In this document: piece by piece, positions 55,224 through 64,000 of the stretch
How the letters are laid out: every line of letters begins with the position of its first letter
How positions within the stretch are numbered: the first letter of the stretch is position 1
Assembly: GCA_964515035.1 (NCBI GenBank)
Contig: CAZEUO010000006.1
Span: 10,103-74,102 of the forward strand
Source: an uncultured Planctomycetales bacterium
GTDB taxonomy: Bacteria; Omnitrophota; Gorgyraeia; Zapsychrales; CAZBRU01
DNA length: 64,000 nt
Direction of reading: 5' to 3'
Made by a program: the position numbers and the translations under genes
The notes under the pieces: generated by a model
The model's input: the letters and a program-made list of their open reading frames with translations, nothing else
Databases searched by the model: none
What the model was told of the DNA's origin: nothing

Positions 55224-56651
55224 ATGAAAAATAATTTTACATGGATCTTTGTGAGGCTAAAAGGGTTAAGGCATGAATTGGCTTTTGCTTTTGGCCTTGT
55301 CATGTTGGCAACTCTGGTTTTTTTAGGTTATCTTTTCCCCGGAATTTCCTCCGCTTTCTCCGTTCAGACGCATTTGCCTTATGCTGTTTTTCTGGCGGTA
55401 TTAATTGTTGTCCTGGCCTTCTTGTGGATTCGTCAGGTTTTGATTAATCCGGTAATCAACATTAGCCAAAGAATTGCGGCCGGGGATTATAACCGGCAGA
55501 TTGTACTCACCAGAGAAGATGAGATCGGCGAATTAGGAGATGCCTTAAACCGCATGACATCCCGAATCCGCACGGACATGGAGGAATTAAAGAATTTTGG
55601 CCAGAAAACCGAGGCCATTAATGCGGATATTAATAAAAGGATTCTTTCTCTTTCCGGCCTTCTGCAAATCAGTAATCTGATTTCCCAAAATACCCAGCTT
55701 GACAAAATTGTTGACGTCGGTGTTGAGCGCTGTTTGTCCAGCGGTGAAATGTCTTTGGGCTGTTTAATTCTTAAGGATGAAAGGACAAATGATTTTACCG
55801 TCAAAACTATTCAGGGGGCCTTGAAGGATCTTTTGCTAAGTCAGGATTTGGATCAACTGCGGATCAAATTAGGAGAGGGGTTGTTGGGTTTGATTATTTT
55901 AAAGCGGGAAACGCTTTTAATCGATAGAAATTCCAAAGAGACCGCGGAAATCAGGGATTTCAGGAAACAGTTTTCCATCGTCAATTGTTTAGGGTTGCCC
56001 ATCAGTTGCCGCGGAAAAACCCACGGAATACTTTTAGTCGGGAACCAAAAAAGCGATTACATTTTCTCTTCATCTGACAAAGAATGGCTGGATCTGTTTG
56101 TAAAACAGATCGCTATTGCCATTGAAAATATCCTCTTAGCCAACCAGGTTGAAAAGTTAGAAGTGATCGACAGCTTAACGGGGCTGTATAACCATACGTA
56201 CATTCAGGAAAGGCTCGATGAAGAAATTAAACGGGCGATTAGTTTTCAACGTCCGTGTGCCTTTGTATTATTCACCATTGATGCGTTCCAGGAATTCCAT
56301 TCCTCTTTTGGGCACTTGGCCGCTGAAAATATACTGGTTAAAATCGGAACGGCCCTTAAGGAGAATATTAATGACGTCGATAAGGCTGCACGGTTTGGAG
56401 ACCATGAATTTGCCCTGATTTTGCCGGAGCGAAACAAGCGTCAGGCTATTGATATTGCCGATTCGATTCGAAGGAAGATTGAATACCTTTTTGCTGAGGA
56501 AGAAAATCAGCAGAAACGGCTCACCTGTACGGGGGCCGTAGCCGAAAACCCCGTCGACGGAGTGCGGGCGGAAGAGTTAGTATCGAAGGCCCGGGCCATT
56601 CTTACGTCCGCTATAAAGCAAGGCGGGAACAGGATTTGCTATAAGGTTTAA
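55224..56651 (+). CDS. membrane HAMP-GAF-GGDEF domain protein with degenerate active-site motif (GDHEF)
   Basis: TM helices. HAMP-like SQRIAAGDYN...IGELGDALNRM. GGDEF-domain context LTGLYNHTYIQ...RFGDHEFALIL. Confidence 0.75.
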   Translation: MKNNFTWIFVRLKGLRHELAFAFGLVMLATLVFLGYLFPGISSAFSVQTHLPYAVFLAVLIVVLAFLWIRQVLINPVINISQRIAAGDYNRQIVLTREDEIGELGDALNRMTSRIRTDMEELKNFGQKTEAINADINKRILSLSGLLQISNLISQNTQLDKIVDVGVERCLSSGEMSLGCLILKDERTNDFTVKTIQGALKDLLLSQDLDQLRIKLGEGLLGLIILKRETLLIDRNSKETAEIRDFRKQFSIVNCLGLPISCRGKTHGILLVGNQKSDYIFSSSDKEWLDLFVKQIAIAIENILLANQVEKLEVIDSLTGLYNHTYIQERLDEEIKRAISFQRPCAFVLFTIDAFQEFHSSFGHLAAENILVKIGTALKENINDVDKAARFGDHEFALILPERNKRQAIDIADSIRRKIEYLFAEEENQQKRLTCTGAVAENPVDGVRAEELVSKARAILTSAIKQGGNRICYKV

Positions 56652-56669
56652 ACGGATTACCCAACAAAA

Positions 56670-57119
56670 ATGTCAAGCTATAAGAAAATTACAAACAAAC
56701 ACTTAGGCGAACTTTTGATTGAGCGGGGCGTCATCAATCACGAGCAACTGAATTTAGCCATCAATTTCCAGCAGCAAAAAGGCGGTTTGATTGGAGAAGT
56801 TCTTGTCGAATTAAAATTCGCAACTGAGGAAAACATTGCCCAGGCCTTGACCTGCCAATATGGGTTTCCTTATCTTCCTTTGTCAAATTATGAAATCGAC
56901 TTGGAAGTCGTCAAGTCAATTCCCGAGAACGTCTGCCGGCAATTTTGTTTAATTCCGATCGATAAAATCGGAAAGAGTTTGACCTTGGCTATGGCCAATC
57001 CGCTGAACGTTCAGGCGATTGAGGATGTGGAGCTCATCACAGGCTGTGCCGTCCAGACCTTTGTCAGTACATCGAGCGATATCCGCAATTCTATTGATAA
57101 ATATTTTAGAGGAAAATAA
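56670..57119 (+). CDS. standalone MshEN / T2SSE_N domain protein (putative c-di-GMP receptor)
   Basis: HLGELLIERGVINHEQLNLAINFQ fits the LGxxLLxxGhhxxxxLxxxLxxQ c-di-GMP-binding motif of MshEN domains. Confidence 0.65.
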   Translation: MSSYKKITNKHLGELLIERGVINHEQLNLAINFQQQKGGLIGEVLVELKFATEENIAQALTCQYGFPYLPLSNYEIDLEVVKSIPENVCRQFCLIPIDKIGKSLTLAMANPLNVQAIEDVELITGCAVQTFVSTSSDIRNSIDKYFRGK

Positions 57120-57122
57120 AAC

Positions 57123-58850
57123 GTGTTTTCACTGAAAGAGCGCCTTAAAGAAATTTTAATTCGTGACAATATCATCAAGCAGGAAGATCTTGACCGGGCG
57201 CTTGAGGTTCAAAAAAAAGAGGGCGGCGACCTAAGCAAAATCCTCGTTAAGATGAATCTCATTAGCGAGGATGACTTGACGATGTTGTTGAGTCAGGGTT
57301 TGGGAATGCCCCCCATTGATATCGGCCGACTCAAAATTGATCCGGCAGTTGTCAGAATGATTCCCCAGGAAGTGGCGATCAATTTTAGGATTATCCCGGT
57401 TTCTAAGATTGGTGGGAGCCTGACGTTGGCCATGGCTGATCCGCTTAATATTTTTGCTATCGATAATGTCAAGGCGTTGACCGGTCTTGAAATCAACCCC
57501 ATTATCGGGCGTTCCAAGGATATTTTGCAGGCCATCAACACCTACTATAATGAGGATGCAACATCAAAGTTTGCCCAAATTATGAAGCAGATGGACGATG
57601 CGGAAAATCTCGAATTGATCAAAGACGCCGCAGCGGGGATGGATCAGCAGGATATCGAGAATTTAACCAAAGAAGCGCCTATCATCCGGTTGACGGATGC
57701 GATTGTCAAGCAAGGGGTTATCGCCAAGGCGAGCGATATTTTTATTGAGCCGCTGGAAAAAGCATTACGCGTCCGTTATCGCGTCGATGGTATTATCCGG
57801 GAAGTCGACCAACTGTCCAAATCGCTGCATTTTCCGATTGTCTCCAGGATTAAAATTCTTTCCAGTCTTGATATTTCCGAACATCGGCTTCCCCAAGATG
57901 GGCGATTTAAAGTCGTCATGGATAGTTCCAAAGAGGTTGACTTGCGTGTCAGCGTTCTTCCTGCGGCATACGGGGAAAAGGTTGTGTTGAGAATTCTGGA
58001 CAAGACGGCAGCCATGCTGGATATTGCCAAATTAGGATTCACCGATAAATCACTCGAAACGTTAAAACAGTGTTCTTTGAAACCTCACGGAATGATTTTA
58101 ACTTGCGGGCCAACGGGAAGCGGAAAAACAACCACCCTTTATTCCATCTTAAAATTTATTGATACGCCGGAGAGAAATATTATTACCGTTGAAGACCCGG
58201 TCGAATATCAAATGAAGGGTATTAGCCAGGTCAATGTGCGTTCAGAGGTGGGCCTGACATTTGCGTCCAGTTTGCGTTCCATTTTGCGCCAGGACCCCGA
58301 TATTATTTTTGTTGGAGAAATCCGTGATTTCGAAACCCTTGATATTGCCATTAAATCTGCTTTGACCGGCCACTTGGTTTTGAGTTCATTGCATACTACG
58401 ACCGCATCGGGATCGGTTGTCCGTATGATGAATATGGGGATTGAGCCGTTTTTGATTTGTGCGTCTGTCATCGCGATCGTCGCTCAGAGACTTTTAAGAA
58501 AAGTGTGTGTCAATTGCAAGGAAACTTATATACCTCCTGATGTTTTGATTAAGAAAATTGGTTTGGATAAGGCGGCAGGCGGAAAGGATGTAAAATTGTT
58601 CCGCGGAAAAGGTTGCAAGGTTTGCGGAAATTTGGGTTATAGCGGAAGAATTGGAATTACGGAGATCTTAGTTTTGACGCCGAAGGTCAAGGATCTGATC
58701 ATGCGTCGGGCCGGGGAATATAAAATCAAAGAGGCCGGCCGTGAGGACGGTATGGTGACGATGCGCGAAGACGGATTGAAAAAAGCCCTTTTGGGGCTGA
58801 CCTCGCTTGAAGAAGTGCTGCGAGTTACGGCTGCGGACGAGGCAAAGTAA
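57123..58850 (+). CDS. pilB: type IV pilus / T2SS assembly ATPase (PilB/GspE family), paralog 1
   Basis: N-terminal T2SSE_N domain. Walker A GPTGSGKTTTL. Asp/His boxes. Tetracysteine CVNCKE...CKVCG. Confidence 0.85.
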   Translation: MFSLKERLKEILIRDNIIKQEDLDRALEVQKKEGGDLSKILVKMNLISEDDLTMLLSQGLGMPPIDIGRLKIDPAVVRMIPQEVAINFRIIPVSKIGGSLTLAMADPLNIFAIDNVKALTGLEINPIIGRSKDILQAINTYYNEDATSKFAQIMKQMDDAENLELIKDAAAGMDQQDIENLTKEAPIIRLTDAIVKQGVIAKASDIFIEPLEKALRVRYRVDGIIREVDQLSKSLHFPIVSRIKILSSLDISEHRLPQDGRFKVVMDSSKEVDLRVSVLPAAYGEKVVLRILDKTAAMLDIAKLGFTDKSLETLKQCSLKPHGMILTCGPTGSGKTTTLYSILKFIDTPERNIITVEDPVEYQMKGISQVNVRSEVGLTFASSLRSILRQDPDIIFVGEIRDFETLDIAIKSALTGHLVLSSLHTTTASGSVVRMMNMGIEPFLICASVIAIVAQRLLRKVCVNCKETYIPPDVLIKKIGLDKAAGGKDVKLFRGKGCKVCGNLGYSGRIGITEILVLTPKVKDLIMRRAGEYKIKEAGREDGMVTMREDGLKKALLGLTSLEEVLRVTAADEAK

Positions 58851-58852
58851 TC

Positions 58853-60562
58853 ATGGCAAAAACGTTAAAAGAAAAAATTTTAGAAACTCTCATCGAGTTA
58901 AAAAAGGTTAAGAAAGAAGACCTTGAATCTGCCGTTTCGCTTCAGAAATCGAAAGGGATTAGCCTTGATAAGGCATTAATTGAAAGGGGGCTCATTAATG
59001 AACAGGAACTGCTCATCTTATTTGTCAAGGAATTGAACATCCCACCGATCAATCTCTCCAAATACAAAATCGATCCTGGTTTGCGGGAGATTATCCCGGA
59101 AAGAACCGCAAGGCAATACCATATCATTCCCATTTCCGAGCTTGGGCACACGATAACGATTGCTCTTTCCGATCCGTTCAATATTTTTGCTATTGATGAT
59201 TTAAAGAATATCACCGGCCGCGACGTCGATATCGCCATTAGCACGGAAACAGAAATCCTTCAGGCCATTGATAATTATTATGGAACGAAAAGCGGTATGA
59301 GCGTTTCCGATGTTACGCGGGACATCAACACCGGAGAATTTGAAATTATTCAAGGGCAGGATACGAGTGGAGTCAGCGACATCGTGGTCGCCGAGAGCGA
59401 AGAAGCGCCCATTATCAAAATGGTTGATCTCGTTATCGGGGAGGCTTTAAAACAGAGGGCATCGGACATTCACGTCGAACCGGCGCTAGAAAATCTTCGA
59501 GTTCGTTATCGCATTGACGGGTCATTGCTCGATTTTTTGAATATTCCTAAGGCCAATCAAAATGCCGTTATCGTCAGAATTAAAATTATGTCAGGCCTGG
59601 ACATTACAGAATCGCGTATTCCCCAGGACGGGCGCTTTAAGATGCGGTTTTCGTCCAAAGAGGTCGACTTTCGTGTCTCTTCTTTACCAACGACGTTTGG
59701 AGAAAAAATCGTTATGCGAATTTTGGATCGGGGAGGCCTGTCAATTGGCCTCGAAGGTCTCGGATTTTTCCCGGAAGATATTGAGTTATTTAAGGAAGCT
59801 GTGGCTAAGCCGTTTGGCATGATTTTGGTCACCGGCCCAACGGGAAGCGGAAAATCGACCACGCTTTATTCGGTCATCAATAAATTAAACACGATTGACA
59901 AAAATATCATTACGGTTGAGGATCCCGTTGAATATCTTATTGAGGGTTTAACGCAGATTCAAGTGAAATCCGAAATTGGCCTGACCTTTGCATCCGGGTT
60001 GAGATCCATTTTACGACAAAGTCCCGATATTGTCATGGTTGGGGAGATCCGCGACTCAGAAACCGCAGATATCGCCATTAAGGCCTCACTCACTGGACAG
60101 CTTGTCTTTGCGACCCTTCACACCAACGATGCGGCAGGGTCTTTAACCCGTTTGGTTGATATGGGTGTTGAGCCGTTTTTAGTTGCCTCCAGTTTGGTCA
60201 TGGTGTGCGCCCAACGGCTTTGCCGGAAAATTTGTACAAAGTGCAAAGAACCGATCAAAATTCCCGACCAGGTTTTTAAGGAAATTAAATTTAAGCCGCC
60301 CAGTGGCGCGGTTTTTTATCAGGGCAAGGGTTGCGAATATTGCCGCCAGACCGGATATCGGGGGCGCATGGGAATCCTTGAAATCATGATGATCAACGAC
60401 GAGGTTCGGGAAATGCTCATCAAGGGCGCTTCTTCTCACGAAATAAAAGAATATGCTGTCAAAGAGAATGGTATGAAAACGCTTTGGGACGATGCGCTCA
60501 GGAAGTTGACGGAAGGCATGACGACCTTGGAAGAAGTCTTGCGCGTAACAACATCAGATTGA
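58853..60562 (+). CDS. type IV pilus / T2SS assembly ATPase (PilB/GspE family), paralog 2
   Basis: N-terminal T2SSE_N domain. Walker A GPTGSGKSTTL. Tetracysteine CTKCKE...CEYCR. Confidence 0.85.
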   Translation: MAKTLKEKILETLIELKKVKKEDLESAVSLQKSKGISLDKALIERGLINEQELLILFVKELNIPPINLSKYKIDPGLREIIPERTARQYHIIPISELGHTITIALSDPFNIFAIDDLKNITGRDVDIAISTETEILQAIDNYYGTKSGMSVSDVTRDINTGEFEIIQGQDTSGVSDIVVAESEEAPIIKMVDLVIGEALKQRASDIHVEPALENLRVRYRIDGSLLDFLNIPKANQNAVIVRIKIMSGLDITESRIPQDGRFKMRFSSKEVDFRVSSLPTTFGEKIVMRILDRGGLSIGLEGLGFFPEDIELFKEAVAKPFGMILVTGPTGSGKSTTLYSVINKLNTIDKNIITVEDPVEYLIEGLTQIQVKSEIGLTFASGLRSILRQSPDIVMVGEIRDSETADIAIKASLTGQLVFATLHTNDAAGSLTRLVDMGVEPFLVASSLVMVCAQRLCRKICTKCKEPIKIPDQVFKEIKFKPPSGAVFYQGKGCEYCRQTGYRGRMGILEIMMINDEVREMLIKGASSHEIKEYAVKENGMKTLWDDALRKLTEGMTTLEEVLRVTTSD

Positions 60563-60695
60563 GTTTAGCCTATTAATTTATCGAAAGTACGTCTTGATAT
60601 TGGTAGGCTTTAAGGTAAAATAACTACAGTGGTTTTAGAATTTAGAGTGCGTTGGCAGTCCGCTGGACGGCATGAGAAAATTTAAAGGGGATTGA

Positions 60696-61151
60696 ATGGC
60701 TTTCTCAAGAAGAGATTTGATTACAAAAAAGCAGCTCATGGGTCAGATATTGCTCAAGCGGAATTTTATCACCCAGGAGCAGCTCAAAGAGGCGCTCGAG
60801 ACTCAGAAAAAGAACGGGGGGGTCCTGGGGGAAATTCTCGTCAAACTTGGCTTTATTACGGAAAAGGATATCGTCGTTGCGTTGATTGTTCAATGCGGAT
60901 TTCCTTACATTGCTGTTAACAAGTACGAAATTGATCCGAAAGTTATATTGCTGGTTTCTGAGGAAATGGCACGAAAATATCACGCCATTCCTTTGGATCG
61001 CGTCGGGGATGTCTTAAGCGTTGTCATGGCCAATCCTTTGGATATTGCGATCATTGAGGATCTTGAAAAGATAACGCATTGTAAAATTGCCACATTCATC
61101 GCCACAAAAGCGGAAATTGATGAGGCGATTAATCATCGTTACAGAAAATAA
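60696..61151 (+). CDS. standalone MshEN / T2SSE_N domain protein, second copy
   Basis: LMGQILLKRNFITQEQLKEALETQ matches the same motif with G to N at one position. Confidence 0.65.
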   Translation: MAFSRRDLITKKQLMGQILLKRNFITQEQLKEALETQKKNGGVLGEILVKLGFITEKDIVVALIVQCGFPYIAVNKYEIDPKVILLVSEEMARKYHAIPLDRVGDVLSVVMANPLDIAIIEDLEKITHCKIATFIATKAEIDEAINHRYRK

Positions 61152-61220
61152 ACTGCCTGAACAATTGGCGGGTTTTTGAGATTAACCATTTTTAAAGTTC
61201 GAAAACGGGAGGCTTGATGC

Positions 61221-62429
61221 ATGGCCACATTTAAATACGTTGCAAAAGATGCCAATGCGCATACCGTCAACGGAAAAATTATGGCTGATAACCAGACAGC
61301 GGTTATCGAAGAATTACGCAAGAGAAAACTCGTCATTATTTCTGTAACCGAAATCAAAGAGTCGAGTTTTAAGATGGGGTCTTTCGGCGGGAAAAGAGTC
61401 AAGCCCGATGACTTGGTTATTTTTTCCAGGCAGCTGGCGACCATGGTGGAAGCGGGGATTCCGTTGCTTCAAGGTTTGGATGCTCTTCAGGAACAAATAA
61501 CCCACCCCTATTTTAAAAGCGTTATAGCGGCGATTCGTGACGATATCGAAGTCGGCAACAGCCTTTCGGCGGCGTTTTCAAAATACCCGCATATTTTTGA
61601 CGTTCTTTTTATCAGTATGGTCAAGGTTGGGGAATCCGGTGGTATGCTTAACGTCATTTTAGACCGCGTGGCCCAATATATGGAAAAATCAATTAAACTA
61701 AAGCGAAAAATTGCTTCCGCACTTGTCTATCCACAAGTTGTCATTGGTATGGCGCTTGTCATTACTTTGTTTTTGTTGGTAAAGGTTGTTCCAACTTTTA
61801 GCGGAATTTTTGAGTCGCTGGGTGCTGAATTGCCCGCACCGACACAATTTTTGATCAATGTCAGCAATGTATTGCGCCATGGATTGCTTTGGGTTATTGG
61901 AAGCATCGTTTTAGTTGTTGTGGCTGTGTCTTATTATGGAAAGACAGAAGGGGGCCGGTTGCAGCTGGATCGTTTAAAACTTAAACTTCCTGTTTTTGGC
62001 GATCTGATTCGGAAGGTTTCGATCAGTCGATTTAGTCGTACTCTGGCAACTTTGACGCAAAGCGGCGTTCCTATTTTAATTTCACTTGATATTGTTTCAA
62101 AAACTTGCGGTAACAAGGTTCTTGAGATTGCCGTTAACAATGTTAAAAATAACGTCCGGGAGGGAGAAAACATTGCCCCGCCTCTCATCAAGAGCGGCGT
62201 TTTTCCTCCGATGGTGACGAGAATGATTTCTGTCGGAGAAAAAACCGGTGAGATGGAGAAAATGCTTGTTAAAATTGCGGAGTTCTATGACGATCAGGTG
62301 GATACGGCTGTTTCGGGCTTGACCAGCATGATCGAGCCTTTGATTATCGGATTTTTGGGTGTTGTCGTCGGCGGGATAGTGGTTGCGTTGTTCTTGCCTA
62401 TTATCAAGATGACAACTTTGATTCATTAA
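61221..62429 (+). CDS. pilC: type IV pilus inner-membrane platform protein PilC/GspF
   Basis: Two GspF repeats with 3 TM. About 400 aa. Confidence 0.85.
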   Translation: MATFKYVAKDANAHTVNGKIMADNQTAVIEELRKRKLVIISVTEIKESSFKMGSFGGKRVKPDDLVIFSRQLATMVEAGIPLLQGLDALQEQITHPYFKSVIAAIRDDIEVGNSLSAAFSKYPHIFDVLFISMVKVGESGGMLNVILDRVAQYMEKSIKLKRKIASALVYPQVVIGMALVITLFLLVKVVPTFSGIFESLGAELPAPTQFLINVSNVLRHGLLWVIGSIVLVVVAVSYYGKTEGGRLQLDRLKLKLPVFGDLIRKVSISRFSRTLATLTQSGVPILISLDIVSKTCGNKVLEIAVNNVKNNVREGENIAPPLIKSGVFPPMVTRMISVGEKTGEMEKMLVKIAEFYDDQVDTAVSGLTSMIEPLIIGFLGVVVGGIVVALFLPIIKMTTLIH

Positions 62430-62465
62430 GGTATACTTAAGAGTAAGCAAAACCGAGGGGACAAC

Positions 62466-62936
62466 ATGAAAAGAAATCTGAAAGGTCAGCGTTCCTTTAC
62501 ACTCATTGAACTTTTAATTACCATGGTTGTTTCGGCCTTGGTCATTAACGGTGTGATTATGTCGATTGTCAATTCCATGGTCTTAAATCAATATAACCAG
62601 GAATTTTCCATCGCCATGAATATTGCCCGCGCGGAAATTGAAGAGTCGATTAGTCAAAAAACAAATTTTACCGGCATCGTAAGCGAAAGCGGAGCAACCT
62701 CGGAATTAACCTTAGCGAATGATGGGCTTAGAGGGTGTAAGAGAAAAGTTGTGACCAATGTTGTTTTAAACGAATTGAGAAACGTCCGGGTGTTTGTTTG
62801 TTGGGTCGGAAGGGGCGGAAGACTCATTGGGAATTGTGTCGATTTAGAAACCCAAGTAAATCCAGTGTGTACTACTCCTCTAGCAGCTTTAGTACAATCA
62901 CCTGTGATGCTGGAAACGGCGGTGGCTCGAAGATAG
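62466..62936 (+). CDS. type IV pilin / pseudopilin with prepilin N-terminal methylation motif
   Basis: KGQRSFTLIELLITMVVSALV gives the class III signal (G/F cleavage, E+5). Two Cys near C-terminus. Confidence 0.7.
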   Translation: MKRNLKGQRSFTLIELLITMVVSALVINGVIMSIVNSMVLNQYNQEFSIAMNIARAEIEESISQKTNFTGIVSESGATSELTLANDGLRGCKRKVVTNVVLNELRNVRVFVCWVGRGGRLIGNCVDLETQVNPVCTTPLAALVQSPVMLETAVARR

Positions 62937-62975
62937 TCCATTTCATATTCCTTCTAAAAAAATCATAAAATCATT

Positions 62976-63022
62976 ACCCTTTTTAGTTTCTTTTATACTA
63001 GAATACTAAAAAGGGTTTTTTG
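62976..63022 (+). terminator. rho-independent terminator after the pilin gene
   Basis: accctttttagt (loop) actaaaaagggt followed by TTTTTTG. Confidence 0.6.
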
Positions 63023-63084
63023 TTTCATGAAAGAGATGAAATAATTCATTTTTTGCCTTTTTTAAATGCAAAGGTTTAGTTCTT

Positions 63085-63726
63085 ATGCCCCAGATTAATT
63101 TATTATCTCCAACCTCACGAAAAAAAGTTACCAATGCCATTCTCTCCGGTGACCCCAAAACCGAACTGGCCCGCGTTTTACCATCAACCATAAAGCGTTC
63201 CGGCATTTGCCTTGTCTTGATTGTGATTATTTGGATTGTTTTAGCTGTTAACGTTTCTGGCAAGGAAAAGGTTCACCACGAAATTGACGAAAAGGTTAAA
63301 GTGCTCGTCGTCAACCCGCAAGAAATTGAAGATTTGAAGAAGGAAAGGGCTGCGCTTGAGAAAAAAGTAAAATTAATTGATGAACTTTCCTCCCGAAAAT
63401 TTTATTGGTATCAGAAACTTGAACTTTTGTCTAAAATTCTTCCCGATGGTATATGGTTTGAAGAAATATCGTTTAAACCCAGAAAAGCAACCTTCGTCAA
63501 GAAATCAACAACGGTCGAAAAAGAGCAGATGGAGCTCTCCTTGAAAGCCGTTGCGGTGGCCTTTAGCCTTGATGATGCCATTAGCCTAATCGGCGGTTTT
63601 GTTGGAAAAATAGAAAAGAACCCTGAGTTTGCCGAGGCTTTTGAAGACATCGATTATAATACGACCAAGGGGACAATCGGCGGTCTTGATGTCATGAAAT
63701 TTGATTTTACCTGCAGGTCAAAATAA
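63085..63726 (+). CDS. pilN: PilN-like pilus assembly protein
   Basis: N-terminal INLL motif (PQINLLSP), single TM, then coiled coil. Confidence 0.5.
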   Translation: MPQINLLSPTSRKKVTNAILSGDPKTELARVLPSTIKRSGICLVLIVIIWIVLAVNVSGKEKVHHEIDEKVKVLVVNPQEIEDLKKERAALEKKVKLIDELSSRKFYWYQKLELLSKILPDGIWFEEISFKPRKATFVKKSTTVEKEQMELSLKAVAVAFSLDDAISLIGGFVGKIEKNPEFAEAFEDIDYNTTKGTIGGLDVMKFDFTCRSK

Positions 63727-63728
63727 TT

Positions 63729-64000
63729 ATGGCTCAAAAACCAAAAGATCCAACATTTAAAATGGATGCTTATGTGGCCCTGGCGGTTCGGTATCTGCCG
63801 CTGTGGTTGCCTGTATTGCTTCTGATCGTATTTATTTCCGCCGTAGGCTGGCCCTTGAGCCTGAAACTGATATCACTTTCCCAGGGGATCATTCGTAAGC
63901 AAAACGAAATAACAACGGCCGTGCGCAACAAATCCGATACGGCAAAAATGAACGATGATTTGGCTATTTTTCGAAAAAAAGTTGATGAATTTGAAAATAA
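63729..64000 (+). CDS. PilO-like protein, 5' partial (runs off window)
   Basis: TM LPLWLPVLLLIVFISAV then coiled-coil. Position after pilN. Confidence 0.35.
   Translation, partial: MAQKPKDPTFKMDAYVALAVRYLPLWLPVLLLIVFISAVGWPLSLKLISLSQGIIRKQNEITTAVRNKSDTAKMNDDLAIFRKKVDEFEN

Noticed and set aside
1-64000. CRISPR array search (regularly spaced 25-40 nt direct repeats)
   Set aside because: No periodic repeat-spacer structure was seen anywhere. The only notable short repeats are the att-like duplicate near the tRNAs and isolated hairpins.

Overview
This is an AT-rich bacterial window with two sharply different halves.

LEFT HALF (about 1..26306): an integrative-conjugative-element-like island inserted at the 3' end of a tRNA-Met(CAT) gene.
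- Integration module: ORF6N/antirepressor-like gene, excisionase-type HTH, and a tyrosine integrase with an N-terminal zinc ribbon (24226..26210).
- Conjugation: a near-complete type IV secretion cluster (14675..24211): VirB2-like pilin, VirB3::VirB4 fusion ATPase, VirB5/6/8/9/10-like proteins, lipoproteins and a VirD4 coupling ATPase. No VirB11 and no canonical relaxase are visible.
- Mutagenic repair cargo: umuD-umuC plus an SRAP/YedK-type abasic-site peptidase.
- A tightly packed operon (1817..11119) that I consider the most interesting object in the window. It encodes a small HTH protein, a Type III Res-like DEAH helicase with a C-terminal PD-(D/E)xK-like region, and a beta-class N6-adenine methyltransferase with a ~340 aa C-terminal extension. 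These are followed by a ~1045 aa N-terminal PHP phosphoesterase fused to a Rad50/SbcC/SMC-like ABC ATPase with a long coiled-coil insert, and a standalone GIY-YIG nuclease. The Res-Mod gene order is inverted relative to classical Type III systems. The PHP::ATPase fusion resembles the single-gene Ppl defence architecture, here apparently embedded in an R-M operon. I cannot verify homology by alignment.
- The left boundary of the island is not in the window.

JUNCTION: 100 bp downstream of tRNA-Met there is a 19/21-nt second copy of the tRNA 3' end (att-remnant-like), followed by tRNA-Val(CAC).

RIGHT HALF (26.5..64 kb): conserved chromosomal genes in the same orientation.
- A COG1579 zinc-ribbon protein, RNase HI, and an RNase P RNA (rnpB, type A) recognised by its conserved P4 and 3' blocks, overlapping the 3' end of the RNase HI ORF.
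- yebC-ruvC-ruvA-scpB.
- An aromatic amino acid cluster: pheA, aminotransferase, DAHP synthase, tyrA.
- cmk, lepA, lepB, phospholipid genes (a CDP-alcohol phosphatidyltransferase and plsY), yggS, proC, mtnP, ileS-dksA-like-lspA-lgt, rluD-like, aroA.
- The rod-shape cluster mreBCD-mrdA-rodA.
- A c-di-GMP/type IV pilus region: a HAMP-GAF-GGDEF protein with a degenerate GDHEF motif, two tandem PilB/GspE-type ATPases bracketed by two standalone MshEN-type (c-di-GMP-binding motif) proteins, then PilC, a pilin with a strong terminator, PilN and the start of PilO.

No CRISPR array was seen. A structured leader with an intrinsic terminator sits in front of a small unknown ORF at 39609 and may be a riboswitch-like attenuator.
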